A DNA stretch of 52,801 nt, the filler included, from Sphacelaria rigidula (Eukaryota): NCBI GenBank assembly GCA_964200075.2. It is 3 parts of 3 records of this genome, joined end to end, with 100 filler letters (N's around TTAATTAATTAA, not from the genome) between each part and the next. Parts side by side here need not be neighbours in the genome. Positions count along the whole stretch, not along the records: positions 35,270 to 52,801 come from CAXNAA020001053.1; 2 more parts are not named here. One strand, given 5' to 3'. The notes under the pieces are model-generated. The model saw only the letters and a list, made by a program, of their open reading frames with translations. It was not told the DNA's origin and ran no database searches. Position numbers and translations under genes: made by a program. How positions within the stretch are numbered: the first letter of the stretch is position 1; each line of letters begins with the position of its first letter. Below, piece by piece: positions 36,370-49,340 of the stretch.

Positions 36370-37099
36370 TTTAAACCTCATCCAACGTGCTGAGCGATTA
36401 AAAAATCATTTAGCTGTTGCATGCAGCGGAGACTCCTCACGAGGAGTGAAAGCTGGAAACAAGGAAGCCAAGGTTGGCAGCACGTGGGGATAAGAGCGCA
36501 CAACTCTCATTTCCGGACCGGAAAGGCGCATGAAGTTGAATAGCATGTTTTGTATTTTGTGGCTGCCGGTCACCATTGGTTATTAATGTCTTCGGATGTT
36601 GTGCAATGGAAGGGTGAACCTTGGCATACGTCTGCTCCATCACTTCGAGGTGTGGTAAGCATATTCCCCATCATGTTCAGAACGCGTATCACCATGCAAT
36701 TGATAATCGGCAATTGGGATTTGGCGTTTGGCAGTTCCGCATCAAGCGTCCCACCGTATGTAAGTCACGCTTTTTTCCCCTTTGTCTTCATCTTTTTTCT
36801 ATCGACCAGCCGTCGACCTGCGCGCTATAGTCGAAAGGCGCAGAAGTGCAGAACCACGAGGTGCCAATGAAGCAGACGGGACAATCACAAGTAGGGGGAA
36901 AAAGAAGTGGAGTAGTCAGCTAGTGACTGATCCAGGGCAACCTATTCTTCATGTGGCATTGTACTACGACAGAACTTTATATCTATATTGTTGTACAAAA
37001 CGATCGAAACGCGGAAGACGGAGCATGAAGCGGTGTACCGCTGCTTCACGAGCCACTGACACAAAAATATACGTCGACACCTTCGAAGCACCCTCCATC

Positions 37100-39960
37100 T
37101 CAAGTGATACCCCACATTTCTCTGACACTTTCCACATGCTACTCAAGAGAAACAAAAACAATTCAACGTGCTCGCGGTTCAGCGAGTTGCGAGTGTTCGC
37201 CATGAATTTGCCTTCGCATGAAAACAGACGCTCGGAGTTGGCCTGTGTTGCTGGTACGGCGAGCACGCGGCGGGCTAGTTGTGCGAGAAAAGAGATCACC
37301 TCCTATTTGTCCCCCCACCATTGCAAGGGGGTAAAGGTGCACGTTTATGCCCTTGTTTTCGTCGTAGAACGGTATCCTCTTCATCCCTCTGAACGCCCTC
37401 CACTGGAGTCGTACCGTGTTCTTGAGCAGGTCGAAGTCTGCTGTGCCGGTCTTGCTTGACCCTTCGTCCTCATGGGAGTCCGCCCTCTGCGCGATTGCCA
37501 CAAAACCGCTCGAGCGGCGAGGGTGCTTGGTACGGGGGAGCGTCAAAATCGATCCAGGACGCTCCATAGATGAGGACGCTGCTGGCACTCGGATCGGGTG
37601 TCGTGGCGGCCCTCGTTCGCCTCCTTTAACGTCTCCGTAATCACAAGCTCCCACGCTGCCTCTCGCTTGGAACCAATAAACCCATACAGCGTCTTGGTAC
37701 GCGGATCGAGAGCGGTGAGGACCACCTATACGGTATTTGAAGCCTTGGGACTGCCTCATCTTTCCCTCCTTGTAGATAAGGTCGGTGGTGCCGTATCCCC
37801 ACCATTCGTTGAAATCTCCAAGAAGGACTTTCGTGTATTTCCTCACCGCGGATACCGCCGGCTCGTCATCGTCTTCCCTGCCAGGCTCACCCGCATACCC
37901 GGCACCTCTCCGATAGCGTCATTCAGGCCTTGGCAGAGGTCATGGACAGTGAGAATCACGAGATTGCCTGCCACGTATATGTGACCCTCCAGCGTTCCTT
38001 GCGCCACCATGAAGGGCTCTAGTACAGGATTGATCAGTTCGAGGATCCTTCAATCTTTATTGAACAAGATGATGCCCAGGTGGGGCATGGTTTCGTGCAT
38101 TTCGATCGCTGGTCTCAGGTACAGCAAGCGATCCACCAGGGCGTACGTAGACCACCACCCGGTCACAACGTCCTGAAGTACCTTGAGCGACTTGGCCTTG
38201 GAATGATGTGGGCCACTTTCTGGACAGTATCGGCCGCCTGACTTGACTGGGTGTATCGTGTCGCCAAGGAGCGCACCAGGGCCATCGCTCGCTTCACCCC
38301 TGGCCCGTTGAAGATAATGGAGGTTGTCTTCTGGAGGCGGTGGTTGACGCAGCCAGTGTGAGTGCACACACCTTCAGCGTCGAGGTTGCGATCCATTTTG
38401 AGCACGGGTGGCTCGCAATCTGTCACGCAGCCCACGGCTCGAGTATCCAAGGAATCTGAGCATTTTATGTACTCCCCCAGCCAGTTCGTTCCCTATCGTG
38501 GTGCCAGATGTCTTCGTGCAGTTCTGCGGAAACGTGACGGCGAGTTTTCAAGCGCTGTTGATGAAGCTGACGGTCAAGGATGAGTTTGTGGCATTGGTGC
38601 ACGAAGTCCAGCCATCCGTGGTAATGCAGACGTGCTCTCGCCCTTGAGCATCCCTTTGATTCTTCCTACAAAACTGGCGTCGATCTTCTTCGTGGTGGAC
38701 AGGAGCGATCTGCGATCCGGGGGTGTGTGCCCTCGGGTTGAGCACCCCGATCATGTAGCGGAACTCGTCGTTTCCCAGTGTCTACAACGGTATGAGCAGA
38801 GTAACTCGCGAGAAGCACAGCAGCACAAAAGATAGCACGTGAGTGCATCCTACCCATGTTGGCGAGCGATTCAAATGGCGGAGGTATACGGTTATGATTT
38901 ACCAGCGTATGTACAGTGGCACCAAAATGTCACAAACACCCATGTCTCACGTTAGTTCAGTTTCGGAGTTTTCGCGCTCCATGCCATTTTTCAAAGTTTA
39001 GACCTGTGCTCGTGCAGCCGAGAACCATGTCAAACTGCAGAAAGTAGAAGGAATACGGCGAACTGCATCGACCGCCTGTACACAACTGCAGTACCGATTC
39101 ATGAACCGCTGAATACAGAAATACGTTCAGAAATGAACGAGGCAACAACAAGTTTGGTCAGTATTTGCTGGAGACCACTCCGAGCAAAATGAAGATGACA
39201 CCACGTAAGCAAACTGACAGATTTCGCGTTCACTATTTATACGTCAGAACACTTTGCGGCCTCGTGTGACGTGGCGAGGAAACAAGGCATCATATGTCTG
39301 TATTTGCATGGTGCTTTCACCGTCCTCTTGTTCAAGACAATAGAACAGGAAGCAGAGAGCCTTCTACATCAAAAGTAAGCAGCACACCCAGCCGCCGTTG
39401 TCCAAAGCAAAAAACCACCCGGACTGCTAACTACTCATCAGCTGCACCATACGCTTTCCTATCACTTCTGTATGTACTATACAAAACAGCCAACAGCTCT
39501 GCTACACAGACGCCACGTACCTTCTGTATGTAGTACACTCAATGTAACTTGATAACATACAACACTCCCCGACAGCGGCTGTGCACTCTGCACCATCCAG
39601 CGGACCAGATCGTGCACCCAGTTTGGCGTTAGGGGCAGGAAGTTCGTCGGCATCAGGAATTGCTGCGAGCCCGCCGCATGCGAAGCATGGTGCTGCCCCT
39701 TCTTTACCTCCACCCTTCCTGGCTCCCTACATCCCAGCTGGCGATATTTAACGTCGTTGTAGGGGGCCTTGTGGCCCGGAAGGTTGATATTCAGGTGGTG
39801 AATCATTTTCATGGGCCACTAGTTCTACTTGATCTCGGCCCGGTCGACATGTCCCTGCTGAAGACAGAGGGTACAAGTCGTACATTGCTGCGGCCTGGCC
39901 AGGACGGTCACCTCGAATAACAGCCAGACGTGCGCTCACGAATTGTCAGAATTGCTCTTC
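37100..39960 (-). mobile_element. hAT-superfamily transposase pseudogene (BED finger, DDE, dimerisation domain), with frameshifts and stops
   Basis: BED-like HVWLLFEV..CTLCLQQ..MIHHLN (~39930-39790). VCITTDGWTSCTN (~38630-38590), CVTDCEP and CVNHRLQ (~38430-38340), QDVVTGWWSTYALVDRLLYLRPAI (~38170-38105), LEPFMVAQGTLEG, and the hATC motif LARRVLAVPATQANSERLFS (~37280-37220). Confidence 0.9.
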
Positions 39961-40849
39961 CTGCGCTGCTTCTTCAGGCATTTTCACTTCTCCCGCACGA
40001 ATTGCGTCTTCAAACTTGGTCCTAAGATTTGTCCTGCTGCGTGGCGAACACTGTACGTAAATACGACTGGTGGACGGACGATGACTGATTTTTTCATGAA
40101 ATAAAATTGCAGTTTCAATGGCTCTTTCTAGATCCTGTGCGCCTATTATCGACCCGACAAGGACTGCCGACGCATTCCCCGTCTCCTCATTGGTGAGCTA
40201 TTCGAGCCCATGCCCCACATCATCAGCGTGGTCCCTGCTCTCGTATAGCTCACTCGTTGAGTGGTCATGAAGTGCAGTCTCTCGCACTTTTTCTTCCTCG
40301 AACAACGGGTCTTGACCGGGGATACACGAAGTTAACGTACCACGCACCGAAAAACAGAAAATCAAACAGGTACAACAGCGATCGAGGTCCCGCAAAGCTA
40401 TTCGGTGGCACTCATTCGGGGCAGCATACGACTTTCCCAGCATCACCGAGGTTCTTGCATGGATCAACCCTGCAGCTGTACGGTGGGTGGTGTTCGAACC
40501 AGGACAATTTAGACAGTTGGCCTCTGGGGTACCGTTACGACTGTCTTTACAGTTATGGGCGCGCCTGAACCCCCAAAATGAGCAAAAAAAGTGTCACCGA
40601 CCAATATCACAAACAGACACGAACAGACCGACTTCTGGGGCTTATCCAGCCTCGTGGGGTAAAATGTGCTTCACCTCACCGGAAGAGAACGGCATGGATC
40701 CAAAATTCATATCGAGAAAAAAGTGGACTGCATTCTAAAACCAGAACCCTACCGTTATTTCCGTTGTTGTTCCTCATATATAACATGCTACTACGTCGCT
40801 TTTCGTCCGCGCTTGCGATACGCTGGAATGCAAGGAGGCTAGTTGGGTT

Positions 40850-41965
40850 GGCCCAACCCACGCACACCGATAACCCTCGGGCAAGGGTGGTACATACATT
40901 CCCTGAACAAAGTGAGGCCTTGGTAGACCCCAAATCGGCGCCTGTGGGGCCGACTTTAACGAAAACGCGTTCTGCGCACCCGAGGGGCACACAGGACTGT
41001 TAGCCCTACTAAAATTCTGCTTCTCGTTGTACACACTCAAATCAAGTAATATCAACCATGAACATTTGTAGCCCAACGCCGGTAACTGAAACCAGCACCC
41101 TGAACCATTGGGGGGGGGGATGCGGATCGAAATTGGGCCAACATCATGTGCTCAACCTTCGATAGAGCCATATGTACTGGTGAACTTCAACGAAGACGGC
41201 CCCTACACAGACGAGTGGAGTGCAAATAGTCACGTCACTGGGGGTGTAATGTGGGCTGGGCGAGTGTTGATCGGCCACCTCGTCATGTGTTGAGGAGCTT
41301 GATTTATCGACTGCAATCGTTGCACACTTTTTGGCGGATGAATGGCTCGCCTTGTGCAAGTGTATTTGTTGTTCCGTGGACATGGCTTTTCATTTCATGA
41401 ATGTGATATTAACCCTATGACCGCAGGGGTTGGTCACCTGCTGAATCGGCATCAATTTTCACTTGAAAAAATTATGCATGGTCCACATGGGCTGCCCTCG
41501 CCGTGTAGGGGTTCATCGGACTCGGAAGATAATGTGTTCCAAGAGGGGATGGAAACAAACCGTCGTCCGTCACCCACCAGTGCCGATACAACAGACGCGT
41601 GTCTTGAAACGGGTGGGTTCACTGAAAGACATGAATGGGGCTTCGGTGCCATGAGGCTTCGGCAAAAGTGGGCCCGACGGCTTTATGCTGTCTTTCGTGC
41701 CGTCTTGACGCAGTATACTTCACCATTCGGGAGGGTAAGTTGGTCCATCTTGATCTTTGCGTGGAAACCAAAATCCAGATATTTCATGGGGGCTGTGCTC
41801 CTAGCACGCTTTTAGCGTGCCCAGAACGCGTTTTTGTCTAAATCGGGGCCTGGGGCGCCGATTTGAGGTCTGGCAACGCACCCTTCGCCTAGAGCACACG
41901 TTGCATCCCCCTTGCCCGAGGGTTCTTGGTATGCCTTCGTTGTGGTTAGGGTTGGGGTTAGTGTT
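40850..41965. mobile_element. Inverted pair of family-E repeats enclosing ~830 bp (possible internally degenerate TIR element)
   Basis: 40850-40985 (aaccctcgggcaaggg..agaccccaaatcggcgcc..aaaacgcgttctgcgcac) is the reverse complement of 41817-41965 (gtgcccagaacgcgtttt..ggcgccgatttgaggtct..cccttgcccgagggtt..ggttagggttggggttag). Confidence 0.55.
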
Positions 41966-42920
41966 ATAATTTTTTCTCTTCGCTACTGCGAGGTCGCGAG
42001 GATGACTCTTGCTTCTGGGGGTTCGGTCGAAGATTCAAATTCTACACCTGTCGAACATTCCACATATCCGATGTATCAACCATCTGCATTATCAAGAGTT
42101 ATTCATGGGTGTCATCTATTCTGAAGCCATTTGACAGGGGTGAGGTTTTCGCATGTTGTGGAAACTGGCGAGGATTGGAGGCGTTTTTTTTTGCGCCCAT
42201 GGCCCAAACTGTTGCCCCGATTACTCATCGCCAACCCCATCGATCAGGATGCGATTTTTGGCATCATCTGCGCCAAGACGACAGCTACGACTTGACGGGA
42301 TAATTTTTATTATTTCATCAGGATGCGAGTTTTATTACCAAAAAAGTGAAGAAAAATAAACTTTTTTTTTTGGCGATTTTCTCGATCACCGTAACTTCTT
42401 CGGTAAAAGTATCCGGTCAGATCGTAGCTTGGACAACTACACGCCGGTGGGTAGCCGAGGCACGCCGTGGTTCTTAGTCCGGGAAGACAAAAGGGGGGAA
42501 ATCGTCGGGTGGAAACCCCACTCAAATTACAAGTCCTTTTGGGGATTTGACGGCGTACATGATCAGGGGATGAACGAGACCTCCGGTATGCTCGTGCGTT
42601 TGGTCTGTGACACTATATTTGCTCATCTTTGGGGGGTCAGGCGCGCCCATAACAGTCGAACTTGAAGCGGGTTGTTAGTAGGTGTGCGACAGTCAATCAA
42701 ATCTCGTCGGCACTGCCTGCACAACAACCATAGGAGGACCTCCGCACGTTCACGCCATCTGTTTTCAGCACCGTTTGATATTTGCATGCCAACTCAAAAC
42801 AAGCTCAGACATACATTTCATTGGCAGTGTTGTGCCCATGAAGCAGTCACCGCTCAGGGTGCACATCCTCGCATGTGGTACGGTACGATGATATCGACGT
42901 TGTTCGCCCTTCTGATCAGG

Positions 42921-43931
42921 ATGGATGCCGTTGGCGGGTCATGGGCTGGCACCTTCTCGTGCAGCCAGTGTCGGCGGAAGAGACTCACCGCCGAGGCCTT
43001 CAGTGGGAATCAGCTGAGACAGCTGCGAGAGCGGAAACTTTCTGAAGAAAAACTCAAGTGCAAGGAGTGCATAACAGCAGCGCAGACCGCGGAGCGCGAG
43101 AGGTGAGCAGTCTACGGCGAGACAAAATTCAAAATCGAGGGGTGTGGCACTTCGCGCTTTATCGTTTTGAGAACTGCTGCGCATATACACCACGGCATGT
43201 GGTCAGGATCGATGGCGGCCCGTTCTGTGATCTTTTGCCATATTCTGTGTCTGGCACGTCGACCAGTTGGCAGCTGACGGTGAATAAAATATTTCGACCC
43301 CATGAGACCGAGTCCTACAGTACATGTAGACTCTACAACGATTAGTTAAATGCCGGCTTCATCTTAATGCCGTCGCATCAGACAATTGAAACCGATCACA
43401 TGTGTAAACGACGCATCGTGCAGTACAACCAGGCGGCATCAGCGATGCATTTTCACGGCGTTTGTAAAAGAACACTGTCGTCTTCGGTGTCCTCTCGGTT
43501 GGATGTCTGTTGACAGCGCGTACGAAGTGCGACGAAAAACGGCCACCGAGGGGAGTGAGACGGGAGGAGAAACGCTTTCTTGCAGCATATGCAAGAAAAA
43601 CCAACCTTCCACATCTTTTACAAATAATCAAGCGAGAAAGCCCGACTCCGCAAGGAAGTGCCGCGACTGTTGTGCGAAGCTTGATGCGGCGGAAGCGGAA
43701 AAGGGCAAAGCAGCACGAGAGAAGAAAATCACCGACGCTCAATCAGCCGCAGCTGCGGCGGCCAAGATGCCCAAAGGCGCCGTCGGGGCCGCTGCGCGAC
43801 TCAAGGCCGCTAGCGCGGAATGCGCGGCGGAGGCGGAGCAAGTCACGGGTCTCAAGCCATTGGTGGGGGCGGGAAAACGAGGGCGCGGTGGTAGAGGCCG
43901 CGGGACCTGGAGGGGGCGGGGGAGTAAGTAG
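42921..43931 (+). CDS. 198-aa protein with two Stc1-like C4 zinc-finger motifs and a C-terminal RGG tail
   Basis: Exons 42921-43102 (AG|GTGAGC) and 43517-43931 (tgacag|, TAG), phase 2. Motifs CSQCRRKRLTAEAFSGNQLRQ..KCKEC and CSICKKNQPSTSFTNNQARKPDSARKCRDC (CxxC..F[ST]xxQ..CxxC). Ala-rich helix, then GKRGRGGRGRGTWRGRGSK. The ATG is preceded by a possible acceptor, so an upstream exon is possible. Confidence 0.8.
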
Positions 43932-44600
43932 AAAGCATTATTTTTCTTGCTTTCTCATCTTCTGTGTGCTGAGTTCAATTGGCGGGATTTTGCGTGCTCT
44001 TCGTTTTCTACAATATTTGCTGTGAAGTCAGTTTGTCCGGCCCCGTGTATGATGTGTCTCTGGCGGAAAGGAGAGCAGCGACCTTGAGTTCCACAGAGGT
44101 CGCCAGTGGAGAATCCAATAATGGCGGGATAGGGACAAACAAGTACGGAAACGGCAGTTGGGCCGAGTTGGATCGAGGTCGTCTCGGGATTGAGCGCTTG
44201 GAGGTTCTTCTCAAACTACCAAAGGCAAAGCGAAATACATCGTATTTTCAAGACACCACGAAATAATCGATGGGCTAGGCAACATACCAGAGTGCCCGTC
44301 GAGGCACCGTATGTTGTGCTGGTATCTTGTGGAACAAAATAAACATCGAGAGTGCACTTCAATTCTCTTCAAGGCTCGACTCGCTAGCAACTGTCCCTCA
44401 ATGCGGCGTGATCAACCACGGTTGGAAGCGTACGCGCGACCTCTCAGACCTACTGATTGTTTAATGTGCCTAGTGACCTGTACAGAAATCAACATCTGTC
44501 ACGTCCAGCCATATACATTGAAGTCGGATACCGTCTGCAAGTAAGCAGATATGCCTCATCAACACCCTCGGGCAAAGCAAAGCCCGCGCAAGCTTCCCCG

Positions 44601-47600
44601 TCATTCTTGCTTGGGCGCGTCTTTTTCTTTGACAGCACGCTTTGCCTTTTCCGTTCCCCCTCCCGCTGATGCCTTCTTCCTGGCAGCTATCTCCCTCTTG
44701 AACTGCTCCGTCTTGACTGCGACCATTAGCGACGCTGCTTGGCACAACAGACTTACCTTTGGCACAGCAGTGAGGGACAACAAGCGGAGTAGAGATGCAC
44801 CGCAGTTCAGATCATGCTGATGCCGGAGTAAATACACGTTGATATCATCCCTCAATAGTCATGAAAAAAGTGCACGAAATGTAATGTGGCGTTGACAACA
44901 CCGGTCATGCTAGACTTGAACTTTTGCAGCTGCAAAATATCCCGCATGCGACATCGGCTGTAACTGGAGTACTTTTTTTGAACGCCTGACGGTTTCGATA
45001 TCGCTTTGCTTCCCTGTATTAACCCCATCGCACCATCTATTGCCACCCAGGGAGATACCCATCGTGAGATAACTTTGGTAACCAGCTATACTCGTTCCTC
45101 TTCTTGTTCCGCCGTACTTTCAACCCTCCTTCATATCTGGGGACACGCCTACTGTCATCATAGACTTTCACTGGATTATTTAATCAACTCTCCCCTGACG
45201 TTTGTGGAGGATGGAAGCCGGAAAAAAAAAAACTGTCGTAACTGAAGGACACAAAATCAGCCCAAACTTGCGCTGATATACCAGTTTGAGTACCGCGGCG
45301 CTGCTCCTGCAAGCAAAGCGAATGTGCATCTTCAAGCAGACACGTGGGGAGCACCAGAAATGAACGTGACGGCAAGCTTCAGTAATTTTCACCATATCGA
45401 CAATTTACGCGCCCTGTGGCTCATGGGGGTGCCTTCACTCACCAACATGGCAAACCCCAGCAAAATCAGAGGGCCCGCCCACATGACCCCCATGAAAATC
45501 CCATGCTCGTCGAAGTAATTTTGTCTCGAGAAGTCCTGCCAGTGATTTCGGAGATAGGTGTTGATGTATTCGCTCGACCTAGCCCCAACCAAAATGAAAA
45601 TGAAGAGACCGACCTGGTACCAAAGCAAGAGGTGACGGAGGGATGGATACGTTGTTTTGTGGCAGCTTTGGTCGACCAGGGCCTCAGGAAATGTTTGTTG
45701 TCGAGTATTGAAACGGTCATCTTGACCAAGACGGCAATGAGTCGACCGGGGAGGTCATCGTTATCAGAGTCGGAATGCCATACAGTATGCCGTCTGTAAG
45801 ATGCACTGAAACACCCTTGGGACACAGGAAAACAACTTCGACCCTGAAAATGTCGACGCCACGGATAAAACAGCGGAAAGTGAACAAACTGTCATGTGAG
45901 AAGCAACACATGAATCGAGCACATGTCACAGATAATCGAGTTGAACGAATGCTGAGGGCAGCAGGGTACTTTCGAATGTGCCGTCGAAATCACTTGGTTT
46001 TCGTCTGGATACTAATATTCGGACCTTGAGGGCGCGCTCCTCGCTAGGGCACACCTTTCTGACTGCCTGCAGAATTTTAAAACAACAACGAAAAATGCCC
46101 AACAATAGACGTTGGTCACGTGTGGGTTCCGACATGAGAGGTTAACGAAGCATGTACAGACTTTTTGTACGATTTGTCGAGGATATAACCACATGAAACA
46201 TCCAGGCCTAATATATACCTGACAACCAAAATGCGCCCTTGTCACTATGAAAAATAGAAACGTGCACACATGGAAGGCCAGCAGCCCCTGGATCCATCGC
46301 TCCTCCCAATCCACCGCACTTCGGAAAGCTGTATACCCCATAGCACAATCCGATCGCAGGGTACACGACGACAACGCAGGAACAACACGTGGCAGACCCA
46401 GCGATCAATTGCATGATGTCATGTTGTTGTTGTTGTTGTTGTTGTCGTCGTCGTCTTCACATTATAAACTGCGCAATACTCCGCAATGGACATCTGATGC
46501 GGACGCCTTCGTAGTCACAGGCTAACTACGCAAAATAACGTGTAAGGGAATGAAGTGAAAACAAAACAGGACACGGAAGAACTCACAGACGCGATACAAA
46601 ATAAACAGAAATATGGCTAACCTCGCAAGTTCCAGTGCCGCAGGCGGCCATTCGGACTACTGGAGGTAGAGCTCAATGTTTCCACGCGACACGCGAAGCC
46701 TACCAGAAACGGAGCCGAGCTCAGGCATGAAAATCACCGACCATAGCGATAACAATGACACAGCTCTATCCCTTCGTCTCTATTATAAACGGACATCCAT
46801 ATGTACGAATATACTAGGCATAACAAAAAATCACCACGAAACAACAAACCACCTTGGGGGGGGAGGGGGGGCGTTCACTCATGATATTGCATGCCGTAGT
46901 CACATGACCATTGACCTCGCATCGCTTTGGGTTTTCGCCGGACCAGGCGCGCAATCAATCACCAAGGGAGAAGCACCGTTATGCCCGTGAATGGGGCCCG
47001 ACTTTTGGCACTGTATACAGTGAAAATGGATCGACCACCTACACAGTCAGTTGAATGCAGAAGAAATAAAATTTAAAGGAGCCAATCAAAATCAATCCCA
47101 AACAAGCACACCCGTCACTCGAAATTACGACGGCGCTCATACGAAATTTACTATTGCTATAGTACATTCTGCAACAACCCTGTGACTGACGTTGCTGTAC
47201 ACGTGTGCACAGGGTTACAACAACAGGAGGATAGAAGCTGCTGCTCGTGTTGTTGTCGTGCCTCTCTTGTTGCAGTATGTTGTTGTGCTTATCTTTCAAT
47301 GCAAATTCCTCGGCAACGAAGCAGAGGGTTGGACTGCGGTTTGATGCGTACGCTTCTCACACATCAGAACTATTCGGTGTCGCATCGGATTTCCATAACG
47401 CGTGCCGCGGAGCCCGCACCACTTTGTAAACTGCCGAAATGTACAACAAACGCATTTTCTTCAACGTTCTGGGGCTTGTCGGATCCGCTGTGGCGAATTG
47501 AGCAAATCCACCGCGTCACTGGATAGGCTTAGTGTGTGTACGGGGGACTGTCAAGTGCCACAGGTCGGTTAATTTCCTGTCTCGAGAAATATGCGATGAA

Positions 47601-49340
47601 GAAATTTAAGGGTCGGACGAGTTAATGATTCGTCCGGAAAATACTTGATTCTAATGTAGGTGATTCGTACCGTACGAATCAATCCTCAGGCTTTGTTTTC
47701 AGCGTTACAACCCAGGTACGCGCAGCCCAGGCACGTGGAATGGCGCAAAAGTTGCGTGGAGATCTGTTTGACAAGCGGTCGGCTTTCTCTCTCTTGAGCA
47801 ATCAGGCCTATGAAATCGTGGATTTGGTGATTCGAACCGGCGATGATACGTGCGAACCGCGAAAAAACTACAGCTGTCGCATACTAAACCTAGGTAACTT
47901 GGGATGGAGCGTGTGTTATGTTCGGCAGAGGTTCGGCACAGGTCCGACCAGTTAATGACGTCTTCAAATGGTCTTCAATATCCCTGCGCGTTCATTTTAT
48001 TTCTTTGTTAATCACAGATTTTTGGTTGGTAAGGCCTTCATTCACGGGCATAACCGTGGTGTGTTCGGCGAGTCGCATGAAGGGTGAGCTACAACCGGCC
48101 AAGATTGTTCAGCCCGAGGCCTACTGATTATCTTGCATTTAAATGACAGCCTCTAACGAGTGGCTTTGTTTTCTGGTATCACCACTTCCAAAGACAGCCA
48201 CGGCTTATTCACCGCCTCCTGCGTGTCTCACAATCCAGACACCATCTACGAGGTAGTACGATCATTCCCTTCGCGCGGAGTTGAGCGTCTCCCACCTCGC
48301 ACAATATGATCTAGCTCGACCACCATCATGGTTATCGTAATAAAATCGCAAGCGCGCAAAAAAAAATCGGCAACCTGGTTGCCTAGCTTACGCAGTGAGT
48401 GCATATTTGACAGCGTCATCGCCAACCGACGCCAACCCCACAGGGGGTCCGCCCCTACAAAGCCGGGACGGGGCACACCCGGTTCTCGCCGGACCAGGCT
48501 GAACACACCATAGGCGGGAAATAGTAAGAAAATGGAAGACATGGAAGGATGGTGGGGATTCCTTCCACCTCCGCCATGTGCACTCCGCTACATAGCAACA
48601 CGTTCTCTCATCTCCCTCCTGCTCTCCTCGGCTGCATTGGTATCCTCGATTCGAACCTTGCTTATCGTGTTCGCTGTCCATCCCTTTCCCTCATCTCATG
48701 CAATACTGGATCTAAAGGCCACCGTATTTACTCATAAGACCGTCATCTTCCTTGGGACGCCAGTCGGCAGCAACTCACCAAGTAGGTGAAAATACAGTCA
48801 ATGCTTTCACCATTTTCAGGACTGGGGATTGGGCCCACATAGGTTGATTACCACCCTCATACTGTACGAAAACGTATTTTACCGCGCGTACATCCATACA
48901 GAGACCACCCCTTAAATGGCAGAACTGGTGGGACATCTTGTGCGGACAAATCCTCACTGGCCACAATACAGAATGGACTGTAACGGGTGCTCCGACCTTG
49001 CTTGCGCAATTTAAAAATGCGACTGGCGTGTGCATAGAGTGACATATATTGACGCGCACATCGATCAATTCCACACCAGATCTACCCCCAGGAGAAACGG
49101 CACAAATGTGCACCCATCCTCCTCCCACCGACCTTGAAAATTTTCGACGAAGCCTTGTGGGCCCACGCTCTGAGAAGAAATGGAATTGAACACGCTGGAC
49201 TGAACGCCCGACATGAACCCCGCGAAAGCATCTCCGTGTTTCTCCAGCTTTTCTGCTACCGCGTCACCCGCGGATTTCGCCACATCCTCCGCAGATTTAT
49301 CCATCATTCCATCTGCGAGATGCTCGAAGACGTCGTCCAT
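44601..49340 (-). CDS. TMEM18: Transmembrane protein 18 homologue (214 aa)
   Basis: Exons 49340-49133, 46328-46219, 45613-45443, 44756-44601, phase-consistent. Signature AFRSAVDWEERWIQGLLAFH..CQVGLF..SEYINTYLRNHWQDFSRQNYFDEHGIFMGVMWAGPLIL..LMVAVKTEQFK with a basic C-terminal tail. Confidence 0.92.
48040..48500 (-). repeat. Dispersed repeat module C, copy 3
   Basis: Reverse-complement homology to 5170-5650 (e.g. tacaaagccgggacgg.gcac.ccgg, tctagctcgacca.catcat, gcatgaagggtgagct). Confidence 0.75.

Noticed and set aside
36782..37459. 225-aa plus-strand ORF
   Set aside because: Antisense shadow of the hAT transposase remnant, with no recognisable domain.
40198..40320. Acidic minus-strand segment resembling a terminal exon
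   Set aside because: No partner exons and no recognisable similarity.
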